Below, piece after piece: positions 10,085-21,505 of a stretch of DNA of 64,000 nucleotides. The position numbers and the translations under genes were made by a program. Under the pieces are notes generated by a model that saw nothing but the letters and a program-made list of their open reading frames with translations, was not told the DNA's origin and searched no databases. Numbering within the stretch: position 1 is the stretch's first letter; the number at the start of each line of letters is the position of its first letter. This stretch comes from an uncultured candidate division Zixibacteria bacterium (GTDB lineage: Bacteria > Zixibacteria > MSB-5A5 > GN15 > PGXB01). The DNA is taken from NCBI GenBank assembly GCA_963702205.1, contig OY969724.1, positions 640,001 through 704,000 on the forward strand, given 5' to 3'.

Positions 10085-12154
10085 TCCACCGCCTCCGTCG
10101 CTTCGAGCAGTTTGCGGGCTTTAGTGCAGACGTTATCGACGTTGAATCCGTACTCATCCAGGACTTTGCTACCCGGTGCTGAGGCACCGAATTTATCGAC
10201 TGCGATGATGTCGCCATGCAGACCGGTCCAGCGGTGCCATCCGAGCGGTGAAGCGGCTTCGATTGCAACTCGGGCACGAACCGATTCGGGGAGCACCGAT
10301 TCCCGGTAAGCCTCCGGCTGCCCTTCGAACAGCTCCCAACTGGGCATGGAGACCACGCGGACGTTGATCGATTCTTTCTCAAGCACTTTCTGCGCTTCGA
10401 GGGCCAGCGCGACTTCAGAGCCGGTGGCAATCAAGATCAGGTCCGGTGTCCCGGGCTGTGAATCTTTCAATGCATAAGCGCCGCGCCTGACTCCTTCGGC
10501 CGATGCGGTTTCCGTTCGGTCGAAAACCGGCAATCCCTGGCGGCTGAGCACCAGTGCCGTCGGGCGGTCATTCGTTTCAATCGCTATTTTCCACGCTTCA
10601 GTTGTTTCGTTGGCGTCGGCCGGCCGTAGTACCGATCAGTCCGGGGATGGCCCGAAGGCTCGCCAGGTGTTCGACCGGTTGGTGGGTCGGGCCGTCTTCG
10701 CCGAGGCCGATGCTGTCGTGCGTGAAGACGTACTTGACCGGAAGGTGCATCAATGAAGCCAGGCGGATGGTGGGCCGTATATAATCCGAGAACATCAGGA
10801 AAGTCGAGGCGAAAGGCAACAGCCCGCCGTGGGCCGCAAGGCCGTTGGATATTGATCCCATGGCGTGCTCGCGGACGCCGAAATGAATATTTCGTCCGGC
10901 CCAGCTCCAGCCGCCGCCGATCGAGCCCTGGGTGTCGGTTTCGTCGGATCCCTTCGGCTCGAAATCGCCGAGGTCTTTCATCGAGGTTTTGGTGGATGGT
11001 CCCAGGTCGGCGGCACCGCCAATAAGAGATGGTAGTTTCGTCGCCAGAGCGTTTATAATTTTATGCGAGGCGTTACGCGTGGCGATTTTGCCGTCGTCGG
11101 GTTTAAATATCGGAAGATCATCAGTCCAGTTGTCCGGGAGCCCACCGGCGATCATTAGGTGCAGTTGGGCGGCTTCGTCGGGGTACTTATGGGTATATTT
11201 CTCAAATCGACTTTTCCAGTCCTGCTCGGCTTTTTGTCCCGTTTCCAGTGCTTTGTGAAAGTGATCGCGGACTTCGTCCGGAATATAAAAATCTTTATCG
11301 GTCGGCCAGCCGAGATTTTTCCTGGTCGCCAGGACCTCATCCGGCCCGAGTGGTGATCCGTGGGCTTTGTACGTATCCTGCAGGTTCGGCGATCCGTAGC
11401 CGAGGTGAGTGTGCACGGCGATCAGCGACGGGCGTTCGGTTTCGGCTTGTGCATTTTCAATCGCTTTGCCTATTGCCGTCAGGTCGTTTCCGTCTTCGAC
11501 CGTCTGTGTGTGCCAGTGAAAAGCATCGAAGCGCTTTATTACGTCTTCGGTGAAAGTCAGGTCGGTCGAAGCGGCGAGAGAAACGTGGTTGGCATCGTAC
11601 AGGTATATCAGCTTGCCGAGCTTAAGATGTCCGGCCAGCGATGCGGCTTCGTACGATATCCCTTCCATCAGGTCACCGTCGCTGCAAATAGAATAGGTAT
11701 AATGATCTATTATAGTATGTTCGTCTTTATTGAACCGTGCGGCGAGGTGCTTTTCGGCTACGGCCATGCCGACCCCGTTTCCGAAGCCCTGACCCAAAGG
11801 CCCGGTGGTTACTTCGACTCCCGGAGTATGCCGACGTTCCGGATGTCCTGGCGTGATGCTTCCCCACTGCCGAAACCGCTTTATCTGGTCGAGCGGAAGG
11901 TTGTAGCCGGTGACATGAAGCAGTGAATACAGGAGCATCGATCCGTGACCGGCGGATAGTACAAAACGGTCGCGGTCGAACCAGTCGGGATCGAACGGAT
12001 TGTGTTTGACAAATTTGGTCCAGAGAACGTAGGCCATCGCCGCGGCGCCCATGGGTAAGCCGGGGTGTCCCGAATTGGCCTTCTGGACGGCGTCGATTGA
12101 AAGAAATCGCAGCGTATTTATGCTCAGTTCATCGAGTTTGCTCTGTCCGTTCAT
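10081..12154 (-). pseudogene. tkt: transketolase, split by a +1 frameshift (may be a sequencing error)
   Basis: [48 protein letters not shown]. Removing one C at 10632-10633 gives [14 protein letters not shown]...TALVLSRQ, continuing into ORF 10081-10551. Confidence 0.93.
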
Positions 12155-12168
12155 TGTAAGTCCTTTCT

Positions 12169-13143
12169 CTATAGCCTGTCGCGTGCAGCCAGGGCCGCGC
12201 CGAGAATTCCGGCTTTGGCGCCTAACCGGGCTTTTACAAATTCGACATTTTTCACGGCCGCCGTCAGGGCCTTCTGACGAACACCCTTTTCGATCTGCCC
12301 GATCATTTCCGGATAACCTTCGATCACGCCGCCGCCGAGAATTAATCTGCGAGGGCTTAGTAAATTCACAACAGACGTTATACCCGCGACCAGCGCGTCG
12401 ATCGCAAAATTTAGAATTTTAACCGCCGCTGCATCGCCGTCGCGGGCGGCGCTTTGGACCTTCTCTGCGGTAACTTGCTCAATTTGATTTTGTGCCTTTT
12501 CAAGAATGACCGCACCATCTTTGGGATTTTGTTGGATAATCCGTTTGGCGGCGAGTCCGATGGCCCAGCCGCCGGCGTAGGCTTCGACACATCCCCGGCT
12601 GGAGCAGTGGCAGGACGGGCCGTTCAGATCGACTGTTATATGTCCGATCTCACCGGCCGTGTTGGCGTCGCCGGTAATCAGGCGGCCGCCGCTTATGATT
12701 CCGCCGCCGACCCCGGTCCCGACAAAGATGCAGACGAGGTTGTCGACATTTTGTCCAGCCCCCAGTTTCCATTCACCGTAAGCGGCCATGCGGACGTCGT
12801 TGTCTATATATACCGGCAGATTGAATTTGTCGGATAAAATTCCGCCCAGTGGATAATCGTGCCAGCCAAGATTCGGCGCGTTGTGGACGATGCCGGCCTT
12901 CGAGTCTATTTGTCCCGCGACGCCGATACCAATTGCATTCGGTTTGCAGCCGTTTGATGAATAGATCAGATTTGCTATGATTTGATGAAGGCGCCTTTCG
13001 ACGGCTTGGACACCTTCGGAGGCGAGTGTTTGTTCGCGCATTCCGGCCCGGTCGTGCCCGTTCGAGTCTACAAGTGCGGCTCCGATTTTAGTTCCACCCA
13101 GATCAATACCAATCGTCAGTTTGTCCGTCATTTCAATCACCAC
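12169..13143 (-). CDS. glk: ROK family glucokinase (ATG alternative start at 13131)
   Basis: [35 protein letters not shown]. Confidence 0.9.
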   Translation of the reverse strand: MVIEMTDKLTIGIDLGGTKIGAALVDSNGHDRAGMREQTLASEGVQAVERRLHQIIANLIYSSNGCKPNAIGIGVAGQIDSKAGIVHNAPNLGWHDYPLGGILSDKFNLPVYIDNDVRMAAYGEWKLGAGQNVDNLVCIFVGTGVGGGIISGGRLITGDANTAGEIGHITVDLNGPSCHCSSRGCVEAYAGGWAIGLAAKRIIQQNPKDGAVILEKAQNQIEQVTAEKVQSAARDGDAAAVKILNFAIDALVAGITSVVNLLSPRRLILGGGVIEGYPEMIGQIEKGVRQKALTAAVKNVEFVKARLGAKAGILGAALAARDRL

Positions 13144-13452
13144 TTCCTTCAGGAATCTCTGACTCTGGCCCGTCGTAGCTGTTACATCTGCGAACTCGGT
13201 CTTTTTCTTTTTGTCAAGGTCCTTAATTTACCGGCCACAATGTTCCGCGAGCACTGCCGTCGGTTTTGCCGTATTTAGCCTTAACACTGCCGGTGGTGTA
13301 ATGTTCCATTTTCAATGTACAAGGCCATATAAATATGACTTTAATATCCATTTTAGGCAGATAATGTTCGATAAAAATATTGAGGTTCTGCCAAAGTGTC
13401 GACGGGCTGTTTTAATTCCGAATGGAATTGACTCCGGACCAGGTCGATGTGG

Positions 13453-14763
13453 CTACCAGATTTTCCTGCCGGTGGTTCTATCCAGTTCGTTACGGCTGAC
13501 CGTGTAATCGTACAGCGCCCGCAGGCGAATCAGTTTGGCCTGCGACAGCGTGGTTTCGGCGTCCAACAGGTCCAGATTCGTTATTACCCCTGTGGAATAG
13601 CGGACACGGGCCATCTCCACCGCCTTTTGGGCTTGCTGCACCTGGGTTTCGGTGCTTGTGATCTTGTCAAGATTCGAATTAACACCGGCCACGGCCTGAA
13701 GCACTTCGGATCTGACCCGCTGCTCGACGTCAGACGTGTGGGCTCGGGCCGAGTTGAAACCGGCGTCGGCCGCGGCCCTTTTAAATTTCGTCCTGTGGCC
13801 GTTGAAGACGGGGATTTTAAGTTCCACTCCGGCCGCGTAATTGCCGCGCAGAGTATTCAAATCAGGTTCATAGCCGTTATTCAGACCGGTCGTGACATGC
13901 AAAGATAGAGTGGGTTTATCGTCCAGCGATACCAATTGCGAGCGGGCTTCGGCGCTCGACTCGGCATCGCGGGCCAGAGTCAGTTCGGGACGCTGATTGT
14001 CGGCGGCCATAATCAAAGAGTCGGCATTGAGGGCCATTTTGTCGGTTACAAAAGATCCTTTTAGATTGATCGGTGTGTCCGATGACAGCCCGGTCAGTTG
14101 ACGAAACATGATCTCCTGTGTCTTCAGGGCGTGGACGGCGTCGATGCGTTCGCTTTGTATGACGGCTATTTTGACCTGTATGGTCAGGGTATCGAAATCG
14201 GTGGCGGTCCCGGCGTTTATCTTCTTAATACTTATGTCCAGGTGTTGCATGAGGGTTTGGAGTTGTTCGTCGAGGACGTCGATTCTTTGGTGCAGTATCA
14301 GGATCGCGTTGAAGACGCCGATAGTGCCGTAGGCGAGATTGAATTTTACCAGATCGACGTTGTCAGTCGCAGCCTGATGCGATGCCTCCGCCAGCGAGAC
14401 GGCTTTGTTAGTCCGGCCGAAATCATACAGCGTTTGTTTCAGGCTGGCGTGCAGATCATAATTATTGTAAGGAGCCAGTTGAAGCGTGCCCTGTCCGGGA
14501 AGTTCGAATTCGGGGACCGGGCCGATATGCGTATAATCGCCGCCTAAAGAGATATCCGGATATAAGGCGCTGCGGCTTACGTCGATCCCAGCCGCGGCGG
14601 CAGCCATGTCATATTCCGACTGGCGGATCGCGGCATGGCTTTTGAGGGTTAATTGCACCGCTCGCTCGACTGTAAGTGAATCGGATGATACTGCTTGTGC
14701 CATTGCACTAATGCCGTTCAGGCATATTAGTAATGCAACAACTATATTTAAACCTGTTTTCAT
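13453..14763 (-). CDS. TolC family outer membrane efflux protein
   Basis: Signal peptide, QTLYDFG, IPVFNG, G..TNLDLLDAE; last gene of the EmrAB-type operon. Confidence 0.9.
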   Translation of the reverse strand: MKTGLNIVVALLICLNGISAMAQAVSSDSLTVERAVQLTLKSHAAIRQSEYDMAAAAAGIDVSRSALYPDISLGGDYTHIGPVPEFELPGQGTLQLAPYNNYDLHASLKQTLYDFGRTNKAVSLAEASHQAATDNVDLVKFNLAYGTIGVFNAILILHQRIDVLDEQLQTLMQHLDISIKKINAGTATDFDTLTIQVKIAVIQSERIDAVHALKTQEIMFRQLTGLSSDTPINLKGSFVTDKMALNADSLIMAADNQRPELTLARDAESSAEARSQLVSLDDKPTLSLHVTTGLNNGYEPDLNTLRGNYAAGVELKIPVFNGHRTKFKRAAADAGFNSARAHTSDVEQRVRSEVLQAVAGVNSNLDKITSTETQVQQAQKAVEMARVRYSTGVITNLDLLDAETTLSQAKLIRLRALYDYTVSRNELDRTTGRKIW

Positions 14764-14777
14764 ATTTCATGAACCTG

Positions 14778-16412
14778 TCATTTTTGGGCGTGGGCCGGGT
14801 TGTTTGCAGCATAGCGGCCGGTGGCAGCACGGCGGGACCGTATCGCAAAAAGGGGTATAACACCGAATAAAATTATAACGCCGGCCAGAAGAAACACGTC
14901 GTCGATCGCCTGTATAAAAGCCTGATTGGAGATAAATATCCCGATTTGAGCTTTGGCTTTCGCGAGTGCATCACTGGCGGTGCTTCCGGTCGCATGAACT
15001 GCCCACGATTGTAATTTCATTACCGTTTGTTTAAAAATATCAGAATATGCATTGGCCTGTTCACCATAGATGGTCGTGTGGTATATAGTACGGCGGGTTA
15101 AAAGTGTGCCGAACACCGCTACGCCGAAGCTTCCGCCGATCTGCCGGATAACGTTGAGAAGCCCCGAAGCCTGAGCCATTTTCTGGTGCGAAATTTCGGT
15201 TATCGCCAGGGTCATGAGCGGTGCAAACAAGGCACCGATCGCGACGCCGCGAAGTATAAGCGGGATGGTTATGTCTCCGCTTTCCGAAAAGAGCGACAGC
15301 GTGGAAAACTGATAGAATGTGTAGGACATCAATAACAGGCCGAGAATGATCGGCAGCTTTGGCGTGAATTTGTCGCTGTACAGCCCGGCCAGAGGTGCCA
15401 CGATTCCCTGCATGAGTCCGACCGGGAGAAAAACAATTCCGGCCTGGAACGGGGTGTAACCGAGCGAATTCTGAAGATATATCGGCAAAAGAAATGTCGT
15501 GCCGAACATCGCTACGCCTACCATAAACAGGACGATATTGCAGACGGCAAATTTGAAATTTTTAAACAAATTTAGTTCTATCAGCGGGTGTTTCACGTTG
15601 AATTCGGTGACCAGGAATACCACCAGTGATACGGCCGAAACTGCAAAGCAGGTCAATATGTAGTTGGACGTCCAGCCGCCGGTGTTCCAGGCGGAATTTC
15701 CGCTGGACAGAGCCAGCAGAAGCGCCACCAGAAAAGCCGTCAGGGAGACGAAGCCGATCAGGTCGAAAGCCCGTGAGTCATCGGCCTTCCGCTCCTGCAG
15801 AATAATGGCCGCGACGATCATCCCGAAAATTCCGACCGGGACGTTGACATCGAAAATCGTGTGCCACGAAAACCGGTCGATCAAATATCCGCCGATAGTC
15901 GGTCCGAGCGAAACCGAAGCCGAGGCGGCCATCGACCAGAACGCCAGCGCTATACCTCGCTTTTCGGGAGGGAACTCGCGCGTTATTATGGCCATGCCGA
16001 CCGGCATGAGAATTCCTGAGCCGGCCCCCTGAATCACCCTGAACAGTATCAGTATATTAAAATCCCAGGCGAGGCTGCACAGAAATGAACTGAATGTGAA
16101 TAGAAGCAGGCCCAGGCTGAACACCAGTTTGTATCCGAACCTGTCGGCCAGCCATCCGGAAGTCGGCAGCATCACGCCGAAGACTATCAAATAAGCCGTA
16201 AGAACCCACTCGACCTTGTCAACTGTCACGCCGAATGAGGACATCAGTTTGGGCAGGGCGACGTTGACAATCGTTGCATCCAGCACCGCCATGAAAGTCG
16301 CAATCATAACCCCGGCCAGAACCAACCAGCGGTATGAGGGGTGCTCCGGCCGAAGCCGTGGAAAATCATGTATCAATTTGGCGCGAAAGCCGCGCCATTG
16401 GCTGATAGCCAT
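14778..16412 (-). CDS. DHA2 (EmrB/QacA) family MFS efflux permease
   Basis: FMAVLDATIVNVALP, GWLADRFG, FRVIQG, GPTIGG, NVPVG, RQIGGSFG. Confidence 0.95.
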   Translation of the reverse strand: MAISQWRGFRAKLIHDFPRLRPEHPSYRWLVLAGVMIATFMAVLDATIVNVALPKLMSSFGVTVDKVEWVLTAYLIVFGVMLPTSGWLADRFGYKLVFSLGLLLFTFSSFLCSLAWDFNILILFRVIQGAGSGILMPVGMAIITREFPPEKRGIALAFWSMAASASVSLGPTIGGYLIDRFSWHTIFDVNVPVGIFGMIVAAIILQERKADDSRAFDLIGFVSLTAFLVALLLALSSGNSAWNTGGWTSNYILTCFAVSAVSLVVFLVTEFNVKHPLIELNLFKNFKFAVCNIVLFMVGVAMFGTTFLLPIYLQNSLGYTPFQAGIVFLPVGLMQGIVAPLAGLYSDKFTPKLPIILGLLLMSYTFYQFSTLSLFSESGDITIPLILRGVAIGALFAPLMTLAITEISHQKMAQASGLLNVIRQIGGSFGVAVFGTLLTRRTIYHTTIYGEQANAYSDIFKQTVMKLQSWAVHATGSTASDALAKAKAQIGIFISNQAFIQAIDDVFLLAGVIILFGVIPLFAIRSRRAATGRYAANNPAHAQK

Positions 16413-16415
16413 CGT

Positions 16416-17393
16416 TTACTTCTCTTTTAAAAGTACTTTCACTTCCACCGACATTCCCGGCAGCAGTTTAGGTTTTTCTCCCGGGTCGTCGTTTTGATCG
16501 CCGGAAAACAGGATCTTAACCGGCACTCGCTGCGTGACTTTCGTGAAATTGCCCGAGGCGTTGTTTGGCGGGATCAGCGAAAACTGAGAGGCCGCCGCCG
16601 CACCGATCAAATCGACCCTTCCTGAAAAATCGCGACCGTGAAAGGCATCGACCGAAATTTCGACATCATCTCCAGTATGGATTGACGCCAATTTGGTTTC
16701 TTCGAAATATGCCGTCACCCAGACATCGTTAAGATCAAAGAGGGTGAAAATAGGCTGCCCCGGTTGGACAATATCGCCGGGGACGACCCATTTGCGGGCC
16801 ACGACCCCGGGCGTGGAAGCATAGATATTCGTATTAGTGAGCTTCGTCCGAATTACCGCCAACTGCGCCTGCGACTCGGTGACCTTACTGAGTGCCACGG
16901 CCTGTTGAGCCTGAGCCATTTCGAGGGCTCTTTTGGTGTGATCGTATTGCTGGCGGGTGATGACGTTGCTTTCGTACTGCACGGAATCCCGGAAGAAATC
17001 ATCCCTGGCTTGTGCCAGTGTTATTTTGGCCACCCGGACGTTTTGCTGCACAAGGTCGAGCGACGCCTCCGCCTGCGTTTCCTGGGCTTGTAAATCGGAA
17101 TCGTCGATATGTACCAGCAGCTCTTCGGCCGTCACGGAGTCGCCTTCATCGGCGTTAAGGGCCACGATCCGTCCGAGAATTTTCGAACTTATGGTTATCG
17201 CATCACTGTCGATGACGGCGTCATCGGTGGAGACGTAGCCCCTGAGAAATTCGTACCAATAGGCGAAGACAGCTGCTGCGATTACCAGCAGGATCAGTAT
17301 TGGAATAAGAATTTTCCGGCCGCGATGTTTTCCGTTACCGGCAGTTGTCTGTTTTTCTTCATTTGTATTTTGATCTGCCATTTTGTCCGTCAT
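16416..17393 (-). CDS. EmrA/HlyD family efflux adaptor
   Basis: N-terminal TM, VSTDDA, FEETKL, FSLIPPNNASGNFTKVTQRVPVKI. Confidence 0.95.
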   Translation of the reverse strand: MTDKMADQNTNEEKQTTAGNGKHRGRKILIPILILLVIAAAVFAYWYEFLRGYVSTDDAVIDSDAITISSKILGRIVALNADEGDSVTAEELLVHIDDSDLQAQETQAEASLDLVQQNVRVAKITLAQARDDFFRDSVQYESNVITRQQYDHTKRALEMAQAQQAVALSKVTESQAQLAVIRTKLTNTNIYASTPGVVARKWVVPGDIVQPGQPIFTLFDLNDVWVTAYFEETKLASIHTGDDVEISVDAFHGRDFSGRVDLIGAAAASQFSLIPPNNASGNFTKVTQRVPVKILFSGDQNDDPGEKPKLLPGMSVEVKVLLKEK

Positions 17394-17411
17394 CTTTCGA
17401 TTATATTTTCA

Positions 17412-17867
17412 TCAAACGTTATCAACTTTCTCGTTTTTTAATTTCATTATACCAAGGATGAGCCTTAATCCCTTCAAAATTTCGTTCAATTGTTTTGCAG
17501 GGAGCTTATCGATGGTATGAAAGAGAAGACCCATGCCGGCCAGCGGCGTGTTCTTGATCACTTTTCTGCCGTCGGTGGTTATATACAGCTGCACCATGCG
17601 ACGGTCCTCGACACTTCGCTCCCGCCGGATATAGCCTCTCTTTTCCAGCCGGTCGGCGATTCCCGAGACGGTGCTGATGTGCAGGTACAGCTTTTCGCCG
17701 AGCTGATGCATCGAGATACCGGGCGTCAGCGATACAATACGGAGGGCCCCGAACTGCGGACCGGTTATGCGGTATTTACGAATAAATTCGCTCGATTGCT
17801 TTCTGCTGATGCCCTGCAAAAGCCGGATGGAATTGACAATCTCGCTTATATCCTTATGGCGGGGCAT
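17412..17867 (-). CDS. MarR family transcriptional regulator
   Basis: ITGPQF..L, STVSGIADRLEKRGYI.R...DRR..LYITTDG. Confidence 0.93.
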   Translation of the reverse strand: MPRHKDISEIVNSIRLLQGISRKQSSEFIRKYRITGPQFGALRIVSLTPGISMHQLGEKLYLHISTVSGIADRLEKRGYIRRERSVEDRRMVQLYITTDGRKVIKNTPLAGMGLLFHTIDKLPAKQLNEILKGLRLILGIMKLKNEKVDNV

Positions 17868-17902
17868 GGCTTTAATTCATTCCCCCATTAATTTCATATT
17901 AT

Positions 17903-17960
17903 TTTGCATCCAAATATTATTCATGCAAAGCATTATACAAAAACCCTCGACCAGGAACAA
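17903..17960 (-). promoter_or_regulatory. sigma70-type promoter of the marR operon with a downstream inverted repeat (candidate MarR operator)
   Basis: Minus strand TTGTTC(17960-55)-17 bp-TATAAT(17937-32); TTTGCAT(17903-09)...ATGCAAA(17923-29) inverted repeat. Confidence 0.55.
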
Positions 17961-18113
17961 ATTATTTTTGAATGCCGGATTCGGTCCCTCGGTCCATCTG
18001 GAACCAATGTTGTATTTTAATGTTTTAACTTTATTGACACACCGGAGACCGATTCGAGCAGAATCAGGGTCCGGCAGTTGTTCGACAAAAGACTCTTATA
18101 TGGTAAGTCGACT

Positions 18114-18854
18114 ATGATCAATAATTGCGATAAACCGTCGCGGCGCATCCTGATAATCGAGGATGACAAGGAATTGGCGGAGCTTGTCGGCCTTCATCTT
18201 AACGATCTTAATTTCGCCACCGTACATTGCGATAACGGCGCACAGGGCCTCGAGACGGCCCTGGACAAGAAATTCGACCTGGTTGTCCTTGACCTGATGC
18301 TGCCCGAACTCGACGGCTTCGAGATCTGCCGGAGGCTTCGTGCGGAAAATCCGTATGTGCCGATCCTGATGCTGACGTCGCGGGCCGAAGAAATGGACCG
18401 CGTTTTGGGTCTGGAACTCGGTGCCGATGATTATCTGACAAAACCGTTCAGCATACGAGAGCTGCTCGCCAGGGTAAAGGCGATATTCAGACGGGTGGAG
18501 TCGATCGCTCAGTTGTCGGATAAAAAAGAAGATAACGGGCTCAAGCAAATTGGTGACCTTGTAATAGATATGCAAAAAAGAAAAATTTCAATGGGTGGCA
18601 ATCCGATTGAATTGACCGTCAAGGAATTCGAACTTTTAAAACTCTTTTCGTCGAATCCCGGCCGAGCCTACAGCCGCGAGAACCTGCTGAACCTCGTGTG
18701 GGGTTATCAGTTCGACGGCTATGAGCACACCGTCAATTCACATATCAACCGGCTTCGGTCCAAAATCGAATGTGATCCGGCCAATCCGAAATACATCAAA
18801 ACGGTCTGGGGGTTCGGATACCGTTTTGTCGAACCCGGCGAGTTGGAAAAATGA
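18114..18854 (+). CDS. OmpR/PhoB family response regulator
   Basis: ILIIEDD, LDLMLP, MLTS, GADDYLTKPF; winged helix TVNSHINRLR, TVWGFGY. Confidence 0.95.
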   Translation: MINNCDKPSRRILIIEDDKELAELVGLHLNDLNFATVHCDNGAQGLETALDKKFDLVVLDLMLPELDGFEICRRLRAENPYVPILMLTSRAEEMDRVLGLELGADDYLTKPFSIRELLARVKAIFRRVESIAQLSDKKEDNGLKQIGDLVIDMQKRKISMGGNPIELTVKEFELLKLFSSNPGRAYSRENLLNLVWGYQFDGYEHTVNSHINRLRSKIECDPANPKYIKTVWGFGYRFVEPGELEK

Positions 18855-20317
18855 AAAAGCTGTTTTCGAGTTTCTATACCAGGCTGTCGGCCCTGTTTTT
18901 GATTCTTTTGCTGCTAATGGGGTCCATTTATATTGCGATATCCGTAAGTTCCTCGATTGCCTTCGTCAAGCAGGCGGATCAGCGTATGAATGCCAATTTG
19001 GCGAAGTCGATCGCTCTTGAAATGGAACCACTGGTGCAGGACAGTATCCATACCTCGGATATGGGGCATCTGCTGCACCATCTGATGGTAATCAATCCTC
19101 ATATTGAAATATATTTGCTCGATTCGACCGGCAACGTGATGGCGTTTTTCGCCGACCCCGTCAAGAAGGTCAAGCGCGAAAAAGTATCTTTGGGACCGAT
19201 TGACGAATTTATCAAGGGCGACCGGGTGGTATCGGTCGAAGGCGACGATCCCCGCGATTTTGACCGTCAGAAACCGTTCTCGGCGGCACCTATCAAGCTG
19301 ACCAACAATGCTCGCGGGTTTGTTTACGTGATTCTCGGCGGCGAGCAATACGATCTCGCGTCGGCGTCAATAAAGGAGCAGTTTTTGACATCGACCATAG
19401 CCAAAGGTTTGGTTATAGCTTTGGTCTTTACGGGTGTCTTAGGACTGATCCTGTTCTTCTTTATGACAAGGCGGCTGCGCCGGGTGACGGGTGTCGTAAC
19501 CGGCTTTAAAAACGGTGATTTCAGCACGCGCCTCAACGATCCGTCTCAGGACGATTTCGGGCAACTGTCCCTGGCTTTCAATCAGATGGCCGATACTATC
19601 GTACAAAATATCCATGACCTGAAACGGTCCGACGATCTAAGGCGGGAGCTGGTCGCCAACGTTTCGCACGACCTTCGCACGCCGCTGGCCTCGATCCAGG
19701 GGTATCTGGAAACGATTCTGATGAAGAAGGATCAGTTTTCATCGGAAGAGGTCGGTCGCTATGTCAAGATAAGTTTGAAAAACGCCCGCTATCTCAATCA
19801 ACTGGTGTCCGAATTGTTTGAGCTTTCCAAACTCAATGCCGTTCATGCCAAACCGGTCCGGGAGCCGTTTTCCATCGCGGAACTGGTTCAGGATGTAATT
19901 TTGAAATTCAAATCGTCGGCCGAAGCCAAAGAGGTTGAAATCGGCTGCCGATACGAACCGGGGATTCCGCTGGTGACCGGCGATATCGGCATGATCGAAC
20001 GGGCCCTGTCGAACCTGCTCGATAACGCCATTCGTTATGCCCCTCCGAAAGCCCGGGTATCGGTGGAGTTGATTCCGAGTGAACACCACGTGCGTATCAA
20101 AGTAACCGACTCCGGTCCCGGAATCGCTGACGAAGACGTCCCCAATATTTTCCTTCCATATTATAGAGGGAAAAAACGCACTTCTCAGGAAACACAGGGA
20201 ACCGGCCTGGGGCTGGCTATCACTAAACGGATTATCGAACTGCACGACAGTGATATTTATGTCGCTTCGGAGCTTAATAAAGGTACGACGTTTTATTTCG
20301 ACCTTGCCCGCGCCTGA
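18851..20317 (+). CDS. HAMP-domain sensor histidine kinase
   Basis: Two TMs, HAMP, H-box SHDLRTPL, NLLDNA, DSGPGI, GTGLGL; ATGA overlap with the regulator. Confidence 0.95.
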   Translation: MKKLFSSFYTRLSALFLILLLLMGSIYIAISVSSSIAFVKQADQRMNANLAKSIALEMEPLVQDSIHTSDMGHLLHHLMVINPHIEIYLLDSTGNVMAFFADPVKKVKREKVSLGPIDEFIKGDRVVSVEGDDPRDFDRQKPFSAAPIKLTNNARGFVYVILGGEQYDLASASIKEQFLTSTIAKGLVIALVFTGVLGLILFFFMTRRLRRVTGVVTGFKNGDFSTRLNDPSQDDFGQLSLAFNQMADTIVQNIHDLKRSDDLRRELVANVSHDLRTPLASIQGYLETILMKKDQFSSEEVGRYVKISLKNARYLNQLVSELFELSKLNAVHAKPVREPFSIAELVQDVILKFKSSAEAKEVEIGCRYEPGIPLVTGDIGMIERALSNLLDNAIRYAPPKARVSVELIPSEHHVRIKVTDSGPGIADEDVPNIFLPYYRGKKRTSQETQGTGLGLAITKRIIELHDSDIYVASELNKGTTFYFDLARA

Positions 20318-20368
20318 TTTTTCCATTCTGTTGTAATCGCATCATTCTCCAATTGACTTTTTTGACAT

Positions 20369-20407
20369 GTGAGAAACTGTTGAATGTTTCGTGATAGTTT
20401 CGTGATA
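20369..20407 (+). promoter_or_regulatory. 11-bp-phased direct repeats, candidate OmpR-family binding site
   Basis: GTTTCGTGATA x2 (20386-20407), plus in-phase GTGAGA (20369) and TTGAAT (20380). Confidence 0.6.
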
Positions 20408-20532
20408 ACTGGTTTGTTGTAGAGGGCAAGAACAAAAAGCAGGTTCGAGTCTGATAACCCGGTTTCAGTAAAACCGACCGGGCATGAAACAGAACGAATG
20501 CTGAACCAACCAACCTTTTAAGCGAGGTGAAT

Positions 20533-21402
20533 ATGCTTAAGAAAATGTTCGCTCTCTTATCCGTGATCTCCGTCCTGAGCGTGGGCTGCTCCACGCAGAA
20601 TCCGACGGACTCCATGAACGATCCGTCAAGTACGGCGCAGTTGGGTGACAATACCCTGTTGACCGACAGCGCCCAGGCCGACAATATGTCCGAAGAAGTC
20701 GGCGTCGATAACTTCGGCGGCGGTTTCGGAAACCATGGTGAATATGGCCAGGCGGTAACGTTTAAGGTCAGGATCGAAAACGTCTCGACCGATATGACTT
20801 TGCATCTGTCGACCGGCGGGACCGCTCCGGCTCCGCACTCTCCGGGTGTCTGGACCATAACGCGTCTGTTCAACCCGCTCTTCAGGGTCGGGCAATACGA
20901 TCAGGGCCTTGGCCTCGAACAGCAGGCTGAAGACGGCGACCCGTCGATGCTGGCGGTCAGCATGGCCGGCAATCCCCGCGTGATTTCGACCGGTGTGTTC
21001 AGCATTCCGGTCGGCGATGCCAGTCCCGGACCGGCTACGCCCGGCAAGGCGTTCGAGTTTATGGTTACCGCCAAGCCCGGCGACCGCCTCTCGTTTACGT
21101 CGATGTTCGGACAGTCCAACGACCTGTTTTACGCTCCCGGCGTGCTCGGTATACCGCTCTTCCGCGGCTGGAGCCGTCACCCGATAAGCGGCGACGTCAC
21201 CCGTTTTATCAGGCTGTGGGATGCGGGCACCGAAGTCAATCAGGAGCCGGGCGTCGGCCCGGACCAGGCGCCTCGTGAGTCCGCGCCCAATACCGGGGCA
21301 TCGGAACACAAGCGCATCCTGCCCGTCCACGATCAGTACACCTATCCGCCGACCAATCAGGTGATCAAGGTTACGATTACCCCGGTTGGCGATGCTTCCT
21401 GA
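20533..21402 (+). CDS. spondin-domain lipoprotein
   Basis: Lipobox LSVGC; F.V.IEN, SPGVW, AEDGDP, SMFGQSNDLF, LWDAGTEVN. Confidence 0.85.
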   Translation: MLKKMFALLSVISVLSVGCSTQNPTDSMNDPSSTAQLGDNTLLTDSAQADNMSEEVGVDNFGGGFGNHGEYGQAVTFKVRIENVSTDMTLHLSTGGTAPAPHSPGVWTITRLFNPLFRVGQYDQGLGLEQQAEDGDPSMLAVSMAGNPRVISTGVFSIPVGDASPGPATPGKAFEFMVTAKPGDRLSFTSMFGQSNDLFYAPGVLGIPLFRGWSRHPISGDVTRFIRLWDAGTEVNQEPGVGPDQAPRESAPNTGASEHKRILPVHDQYTYPPTNQVIKVTITPVGDAS

Positions 21403-21469
21403 CGATCGAGTGCAGTTAGACTGCCGGAATTAGATAGAGCATTATAGAGGTCGGTTTTTGGAAACCCTG

Positions 21470-21505
21470 GACGGCGAACCAGCACGGTTCGCCGTCTTAT
21501 TTTTT
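21470..21505 (+). terminator. intrinsic terminator
   Basis: GACGGCGAACC-agcac-GGTTCGCCGTC followed by a T-rich tail, between convergent genes. Confidence 0.8.
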
